A stretch of 64,000 nt of DNA from Minisyncoccota bacterium (lineage in GTDB: Bacteria > Patescibacteriota > Minisyncoccia > Phycocordibacterales > Phycocordibacteraceae): contig JALHQL010000001.1 of the NCBI GenBank assembly GCA_022841985.1, forward strand, positions 5,529-69,528, written 5' to 3'. Under the pieces are notes generated by a model that worked only from the letters and a program-made list of their open reading frames with translations, did not search any database and was not told the DNA's origin. This document shows positions 58,748 to 64,000 of the stretch, piece after piece. Position 1 is the first letter of the stretch, and each line of letters opens with the position of its first letter. The position numbers were made by a program, and so were the translations under genes.

Positions 58748-59731
58748 TTACTTACTCGTTTTCTGAGTGTGTTCTACAACGGCCGCCGCCAAGGCGGCAG
58801 CCGAATCGGTTTCCATGAGTTTTGCGCGGAGTTCCGCAGCACCATCAAAGCCAGTCACGAACGCTTTAATGTGCTTTTTAAGTATGGAAAAATTCTTAGG
58901 TGGTGTGAGCTTCTCGAAGTCTTGCGCGAGCTCGATAAGCGCCGCGAGCTTCTCAGCGAGCGGCGTGTCCCCCGATGTGCGCCCGGCAAAAACCCACGGA
59001 TTACCGAACATCGCACGACCAAGCATCGCTCCATCAGAACCCGAATGAGCGACTTTCGTCCGAGCATCGTCGAGATCTTGAACGTCACCATTCCCAATCA
59101 GAAGCACCTTGGGGTTTGTGCGATTACGAATCTCGACAGCTTTCTTCATCAACTCCCAATCGGCTGGCACGAGCGACATGTCTTTGCGTGTGCGCAAATG
59201 AAGTGTAATAGCGGCTGGTGACGTCTCAAGAAGTGCGGTGAGCCACTCATCGAGTGATTCTGTATTGTAGCCGATGCGCGTCTTGACCGAAACAGGGAGA
59301 CTGCTCGCCTTCTGTGCCGCATGAATAATTTCCTGAGCAAGTTTCGGATTCTTCATCATTGCGGCACCGCAGCCCTGTTTTTCAATGGCGCGATCAGGGC
59401 AACCCATATTGATATCAATACCGTCGAAGCCACGACCTGAAACAAGCCTCGCCGCATATGCAATCATGTCTGGCTTTGCTGAAAATATCTGCGCGACAAT
59501 CGGTCGTTCAATTTCGCTTTTCGTAAGTATGCCCACAAGCGGATTCTCTTCGTCCCTCATCTTCTTTATTTCACGAGTATGATACAGACCATCTGCCGAG
59601 ACAAATTCGGTCCAGAATACCGCGGGAGCGCCACGTTTCGCAACGAGCTGACGGAAAGCAGCGTCGGTCACGTCCGCCATAGGCGCCATGACGAAAAAAG
59701 GTTTCGGGAGTTGATTCCAGAATGATTGCAT
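58748..59731 (-). CDS. tRNA-dihydrouridine synthase (DusB-like)
   Basis: MAPMADVTD, DINMGCP, VSVKTRIG, HLRT, GNGD, GRAMFGNPW. Confidence 0.93.
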   Translation of the reverse strand: MQSFWNQLPKPFFVMAPMADVTDAAFRQLVAKRGAPAVFWTEFVSADGLYHTREIKKMRDEENPLVGILTKSEIERPIVAQIFSAKPDMIAYAARLVSGRGFDGIDINMGCPDRAIEKQGCGAAMMKNPKLAQEIIHAAQKASSLPVSVKTRIGYNTESLDEWLTALLETSPAAITLHLRTRKDMSLVPADWELMKKAVEIRNRTNPKVLLIGNGDVQDLDDARTKVAHSGSDGAMLGRAMFGNPWVFAGRTSGDTPLAEKLAALIELAQDFEKLTPPKNFSILKKHIKAFVTGFDGAAELRAKLMETDSAAALAAAVVEHTQKTSK

Positions 59732-59755
59732 GCGGTTACACTAACACTTCTTTTG

Positions 59756-60604
59756 CTATTTGAGCTGCTCAGTTCGTTTGAGATATATTTTCCCAGGGAA
59801 CCGGACGTCGATATATTTTAGAGTCGGATCAGAAATATTCAGCTGGCCTTTTGCGGATATGAGAGCGGTAAAAGCATTCTGTTCATCACCGAGAAGATAC
59901 GTAACGCGTGCGCCGCTCTCGAAATAAGCATCAACTTCGTCATTGCGGAACACAACAAAAGAAATCGGCGAACCAAAGGCCGCAAGTTGGCGCGCAAAAT
60001 CAAAAGCAGCGGGAAGCTTCTCGGCGTTTAGAAGTGTTTTGCCGAGGATAGTGTCAAAAATCTGATCTTCTTCAGGCGCAGCAAGCGATTGATAAACAGT
60101 AAATGTGTTGAGTAGCGGTACGGTGCTTGTCGCTGCATAAACGATACCGTTCGCATCAAAAACATAGCAGTCCGCAACGATATCAAACCTTGTTGAGTCT
60201 GACGGAGCACCACACCAACGCGCAACAGGAACGCGAGTATCCACTTTAACTGTAAGGCCGGTGAATCCGCTTCGAGATAGCGAGACAGCGGCTACGTTCT
60301 GGTGTGTCGCAATGATATCTGCACGAATATGCGAAGCAGGAAAAAAGAATATCGAATCGCGCGGAATGATGCCAAGGTAGCTCCCTTGCATAGCTGACCT
60401 CGCAATCTCCGCAAATGATGGCTCCGCGCCCACTATTTGAATATCTGAAATACGTACCGCGCTCTGCCACAGAGCATAGGTAATTCCAATACCGAGCAAA
60501 AGGAAAAACACCCCGAACGCAATGCGCATGCGGCGCCGCCTGCTGCGACGGCGAGCTGCGAGCCGCTCGCTACCGCGCGACACCGATGACACTTTTCCCG
60601 ACAT
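59756..60604 (-). CDS. FtsQ/DivIB-like cell division protein
   Basis: Basic N-terminus, one TM, POTRA-like region, C-terminal YIDVRFPGKIY; start taken at MSGKV. Confidence 0.7.
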   Translation of the reverse strand: MSGKVSSVSRGSERLAARRRSRRRRMRIAFGVFFLLLGIGITYALWQSAVRISDIQIVGAEPSFAEIARSAMQGSYLGIIPRDSIFFFPASHIRADIIATHQNVAAVSLSRSGFTGLTVKVDTRVPVARWCGAPSDSTRFDIVADCYVFDANGIVYAATSTVPLLNTFTVYQSLAAPEEDQIFDTILGKTLLNAEKLPAAFDFARQLAAFGSPISFVVFRNDEVDAYFESGARVTYLLGDEQNAFTALISAKGQLNISDPTLKYIDVRFPGKIYLKRTEQLK

Positions 60605-61838
60605 ACGGTACGAGAGCCTCAGGCACTTTGACAGTACCGTCCGCCTGTTGATAATTCTCAACGATGGAAACTAAGATTCTTGGTGTCGGAATCGCCGTGG
60701 AATTTAAGGAATGGGGAAAACGCAGAGTCCCTTCCGCGTCGCGATATCGGATATTGAGCCGTCGCGTTTGGAAGTCGTGGAAATAAGATGCTGAGCTTAT
60801 TTCTCGATAGGTATTCTCTCCCGGCACCCAAAGTTCGATATCGTACTTCTTCACCTGTCCGAGTCCAAGATCGCCACCACAATTGACGACCGTGTGATAC
60901 GGAATGTTCAGAAGTTCAATAAACTCCTCCGTATTACGATTGAGCCATTCGTGTATGCGAACCGACTCATCGTGCTCCGCTCGGCACAAGACGACCTGTT
61001 CCCATTTAAAAAACTCATGCACGCGAATAAGACCGTTTACATCCTTGCCGTGTGCCCCCGCCTCGCGGCGGAAACAAGGAGAAAATGCGAGGAACTGCAT
61101 TGGCTGTACTGCGAGGTCGACGATCTCATTCATGTAGTAACCCATCGTTGCGACTTCTCCAGTACCGGCAAGATATTCCCCATCCTGCGTTTTATAGAGA
61201 TCGTCTTCTCCTTGCGGCAAGTAGCCGGTACCGAGAAATGCCTCGCGACGTACCAAGGACGGTACACTCAGTGGCGTAAGTCCTTTTGCCGCAAAAAATT
61301 TCAACGCCAGCTGCCATACAGCATTCATAAGAAGTACCCCGTCGCCCTTAAGGAAGTACCCACGGAATCCGGCAACTTTCGCGCCACGTTCGAAGTCCGC
61401 CATACCAAGTGTCGTCATAAGCTCGACATGACTCTTGGGTGTAAATGCGAAGATCGCCGGCTCACCCCACTTCTTCACCTCGACATTTTCAGCATCACTA
61501 ACACCGTCCGGCACCGACATGTCGGGGATGTTCGGCACCATAAGCATGAGCTTCTGCCACTCGACCATAACAACTTTTAATTTTTCTTCGCCTTCATTCA
61601 TACCCGCTTTCAGATGCTGCATCGCCTCAATGAGCTTCTCACGCTCGCTACCGCTCGCGCGCTGAATCTCGTTGCTCCGCCTATTTTGCTCCGCGCGCTT
61701 CGCCTCAAGCTCCTGTTTCAAAAGCTTCCGCTCATCGTCAATGGCAAGCAGTCGATCAATGTCGACTTCGATACGCTTCTTTACTGCCCCGGCTTTGATT
61801 ACGTCGGTATTCTCCCGAATGAAATGTATATCGAGCAT
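60570..61838 (-). CDS. serS: Seryl-tRNA synthetase
   Basis: MLDIHFIREN, CFRREAG, GLIRVHEF, EISSAS, FQTRRLNIRY. Confidence 0.97.
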   Translation of the reverse strand: MLDIHFIRENTDVIKAGAVKKRIEVDIDRLLAIDDERKLLKQELEAKRAEQNRRSNEIQRASGSEREKLIEAMQHLKAGMNEGEEKLKVVMVEWQKLMLMVPNIPDMSVPDGVSDAENVEVKKWGEPAIFAFTPKSHVELMTTLGMADFERGAKVAGFRGYFLKGDGVLLMNAVWQLALKFFAAKGLTPLSVPSLVRREAFLGTGYLPQGEDDLYKTQDGEYLAGTGEVATMGYYMNEIVDLAVQPMQFLAFSPCFRREAGAHGKDVNGLIRVHEFFKWEQVVLCRAEHDESVRIHEWLNRNTEEFIELLNIPYHTVVNCGGDLGLGQVKKYDIELWVPGENTYREISSASYFHDFQTRRLNIRYRDAEGTLRFPHSLNSTAIPTPRILVSIVENYQQADGTVKVPEALVPYVGKSVIGVAR

Positions 61839-61861
61839 GTGTCAAATAGTATACTGTACCG

Positions 61862-62719
61862 ATGGATATTCGCGAACTGAAACGCATCAAGTGGCCTCGT
61901 CAACTGCTTGAGATACCGCAACTCCCAGAACGATTGTGGATTCGCGGAACGTTGCCAGTGGAAAGAACGAAATTTCTTGCAGTCGTGGGTTCCCGCGCAA
62001 TGACGCATTACGGACAGGAAGCATGCGAGAAACTCATTACTGGACTTACGGGCTACCCTATTTCCATCATCAGTGGTCTTGCCCTCGGCGTTGATGCCTG
62101 CGCGCACAAAGCGGCACTCGCCGCGGGACTCCACACTATCGCCATTCCTGGCTCCGGCCTTGATGACTCGGTCATCGGTCCGCGAACAAATCTGGGGCTT
62201 GCAAAAGAAATCTTAAAAGCGGGTGGGGCACTTATATCTGAACAAGAACCGATGCACAAGCCATGGCTGAAAGAATTTCCGTCACGCAACCGCCTCATGG
62301 TAGGCATGAGTAATGCAGTGCTCATCGTCGAAGCGGGTCAAAAATCCGGCACGCTCATTACCGCACGTCTTGCGAGTGAGTACAATCGCGACCTGCTCTG
62401 CATTCCCCATCGCATTGGCGACCCGCACGCTTTCGGTCCGCACCTTTTCATTCGTCTCGGCGCGGCACTCGTAACCGAACCGCTCCATATTCTCGAAGCA
62501 CTCGGAATACCACCCCGAGACAATGCTTCGCATGGCGGAGTGCCTACCGACCTCGAAGGTGCTGAACTGGAAATTTGGGATATGCTTGCGGAACCGAAAA
62601 CACGCGACGAAATTCTCCGCGCCGGCTCCGCCGGCGCGGGCGAACTTTTGACGTCGCTCGTCGCGCTCGAGCTACGCGGACTTGCCAAAGAAGAGTTCGG
62701 CACGTGGCATCGGCTATAA
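61862..62719 (+). CDS. dprA: DNA processing protein DprA/Smf
   Basis: AVVGSR, ISGLALGVDACAH, FPSRNR, EAGQKSGTLITA. Confidence 0.95.
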   Translation: MDIRELKRIKWPRQLLEIPQLPERLWIRGTLPVERTKFLAVVGSRAMTHYGQEACEKLITGLTGYPISIISGLALGVDACAHKAALAAGLHTIAIPGSGLDDSVIGPRTNLGLAKEILKAGGALISEQEPMHKPWLKEFPSRNRLMVGMSNAVLIVEAGQKSGTLITARLASEYNRDLLCIPHRIGDPHAFGPHLFIRLGAALVTEPLHILEALGIPPRDNASHGGVPTDLEGAELEIWDMLAEPKTRDEILRAGSAGAGELLTSLVALELRGLAKEEFGTWHRL

Positions 62720-62728
62720 TACAAACGA

Positions 62729-63015
62729 GATGAATCCCGTTAGAGATAATGAAATGTACTATGTGTACGTCATTAGAAGTCTCTCGAGCGACTATTGGTA
62801 TACTGGCGTTACGAACGATTTACGGAAACGCTTCAGCCAGCATCAAACAGCGTCAACCGGATGGACGAAACGCCATCGGCCATACGAACTGCTATATTAC
62901 GAAGCATGTCGCAACATGAACGATGCAACGACTCGAGAAAAATATCTCAAGACCGGCACGGGAAAGCGATATTTAAAAAACAGACTGAAGCGGTTCCTAT
63001 CTCTAACGGGATGAA
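62729..63015 (+). mobile_element. Putative miniature mobile element: GIY-YIG gene between 15-bp terminal inverted repeats, with GATGAA direct repeats
   Basis: ATCCCGTTAGAGATA (62734-62748) is the exact reverse complement of TATCTCTAACGGGAT (62998-63012); GATGAA at 62729-62734 and 63010-63015. Confidence 0.75.
62730..63014 (+). CDS. Standalone GIY-YIG nuclease (94 aa)
   Basis: YYVYVIRS...WYTGVTNDLRKRFSQH...TKRHRPYELLYYE...REKYLK; alternative start at 62754. Confidence 0.9.
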   Translation: MNPVRDNEMYYVYVIRSLSSDYWYTGVTNDLRKRFSQHQTASTGWTKRHRPYELLYYEACRNMNDATTREKYLKTGTGKRYLKNRLKRFLSLTG

Positions 63016-63781
63016 AATTTATTCCTGGAACATGCTCTTCCGCAATAAAGAGCTCGATCGCGCATTCGAGTTTGTCCGCACGGCTGACTTCGATATCTTC
63101 TGCCTGCAAGAAGTACCTGCTGATTTTCTCACACTCCTCGAAACACTCCCCTGCCACCATGTCTCCACAATTGACGCCGAACGAATCGAGCGCGACACAA
63201 TACCAACCTATCTTGTCATTCTTTCGCGCTACCCCATTACCGGACAAGGCGTAGTCCATTTCCCCGAATACTGGCCTCAGTGGCCATGGCGTACGCGACT
63301 CTTCATGCACCTCATGCGTCCCCTCCATTTCACAAAGATAAAAAATCGTCGAGGTTTTTTCGCCGATATAACCGTCGGAGATACGATCTTTCACGTATTC
63401 AATCTTCATCTCATCCTCGCACATCCGGACTTGCGTCTAGTGGAATTCGAGCATGCACTCGTGGAACGCGATCGCTCGCGGCCCGGGATTGTCTGCGGCG
63501 ACTTCAATATTCTCGAATCACCAAAAATAACTCTTTTGAATTGGTTGCTTGGCGGCCGCGTAAGCGACACAATCCTCTGGATGCGCGAACGAACTCACAT
63601 TGAAAAATGTTTCGTCTCCCATGAACTCAAAAATCCGCTTCGCGGCAAAGACACGCATCCGCTCTCCCGTTCGCAACTTGATCATATTCTTGTTCCGAAT
63701 TCGTTCTCAATCAAGGATGCCCAAGTTATTCCCGATCGCATCGGCTCTGATCATCACCCAATACGAGTTGAAATTGAATAG
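63011..63781 (+). CDS. Endonuclease/exonuclease/phosphatase (EEP) family protein
   Basis: MKIYSWN, DIFCLQE, GDFN, LDHI, SDHHP; the domain begins at ATG 63011, not 62795. Confidence 0.9.
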   Translation: MKIYSWNMLFRNKELDRAFEFVRTADFDIFCLQEVPADFLTLLETLPCHHVSTIDAERIERDTIPTYLVILSRYPITGQGVVHFPEYWPQWPWRTRLFMHLMRPLHFTKIKNRRGFFADITVGDTIFHVFNLHLILAHPDLRLVEFEHALVERDRSRPGIVCGDFNILESPKITLLNWLLGGRVSDTILWMRERTHIEKCFVSHELKNPLRGKDTHPLSRSQLDHILVPNSFSIKDAQVIPDRIGSDHHPIRVEIE

Positions 63782-63824
63782 ATGGACTTGACCATATATA
63801 GGTATACGAGTTATGAGTGAATAC

Positions 63825-64000
63825 ATGTCCAAGCGATTACTGATCGTCGAATCGCCGACCAAGGCGCGTACTATTGGAAATTATTTAGGCAAGGACTACG
63901 TCGTCCTTGCTTCGGTCGGACACGTCCGCGACTTGCCGAAGAGTAACAAAGACGCAGTCGACATCGAGGGTGGCTTTATGCCGCGCTATGTCATTCCTAC
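63825..64000 (+). CDS. topA: DNA topoisomerase I (partial, runs off right edge)
   Basis: [44 protein letters not shown] start. Confidence 0.93.
   Translation, partial: MSKRLLIVESPTKARTIGNYLGKDYVVLASVGHVRDLPKSNKDAVDIEGGFMPRYVIP

Noticed and set aside
62795-63010. 72-aa N-terminal extension of the EEP ORF in the ORF track
   Set aside because: It is an alternate frame of the GIY-YIG element (ISNG comes from the right inverted repeat); the EEP fold starts at MKIYSWN, 63011.
63789-63804. NrdR-box-like CCATATATAG upstream of topA
   Set aside because: Single imperfect copy overlapping a likely promoter; no clear matching box was found upstream of nrdJ.
1-64000. CRISPR array, rRNA, prophage, DDE transposase, stop-codon reassignment
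   Set aside because: No regularly spaced repeats or such genes seen; TGA terminates several conserved genes at expected lengths (e.g. rnhB, rpiB, lysK), consistent with code 11.

Overview
64 kb of a compact bacterial chromosome (genetic code 11). It is most consistent with a Patescibacteria/CPR organism, probably Parcubacteria; this is inferred from class I LysRS, monomeric class II RNR, split transketolase, tRNA-Ile(UAU), shortened RF1/ProRS and very short intergenic gaps. Most of the window is housekeeping: murJ, rnpB, nrdJ, recG, ftsH, smpB-ssrA, typA, rnhB/dnaE, lysK, greA, mreBC(D)-mrdA, proS, tsf-rpsB, prfA, a gap/pentose-phosphate cluster, serS and dprA-topA. There are also five tRNAs, a CsoR-regulated copper cluster and several self-contained accessory genes (pyrE, ppdK, hypotheticals). 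The top candidate for an undescribed system is a ~280 bp transposase-free element at 62729-63015. It carries only a GIY-YIG nuclease gene between perfect 15-bp inverted repeats and sits exactly on a host start codon. It duplicates (G)ATGAA, uses the host promoter and ATG, and regenerates the host ATG overlapping its own stop. Other notable signals are an intact tRNA-Ser nested inside a decayed tRNA-Ser, pervasive leaderless gene starts with palindromic bidirectional -10 boxes, tRNA-Ile(UAU), a duplicated promoter in front of two orphan genes, and a chain of coupled uORFs ahead of ppdK. All calls come from reading the sequence; no searches were run.
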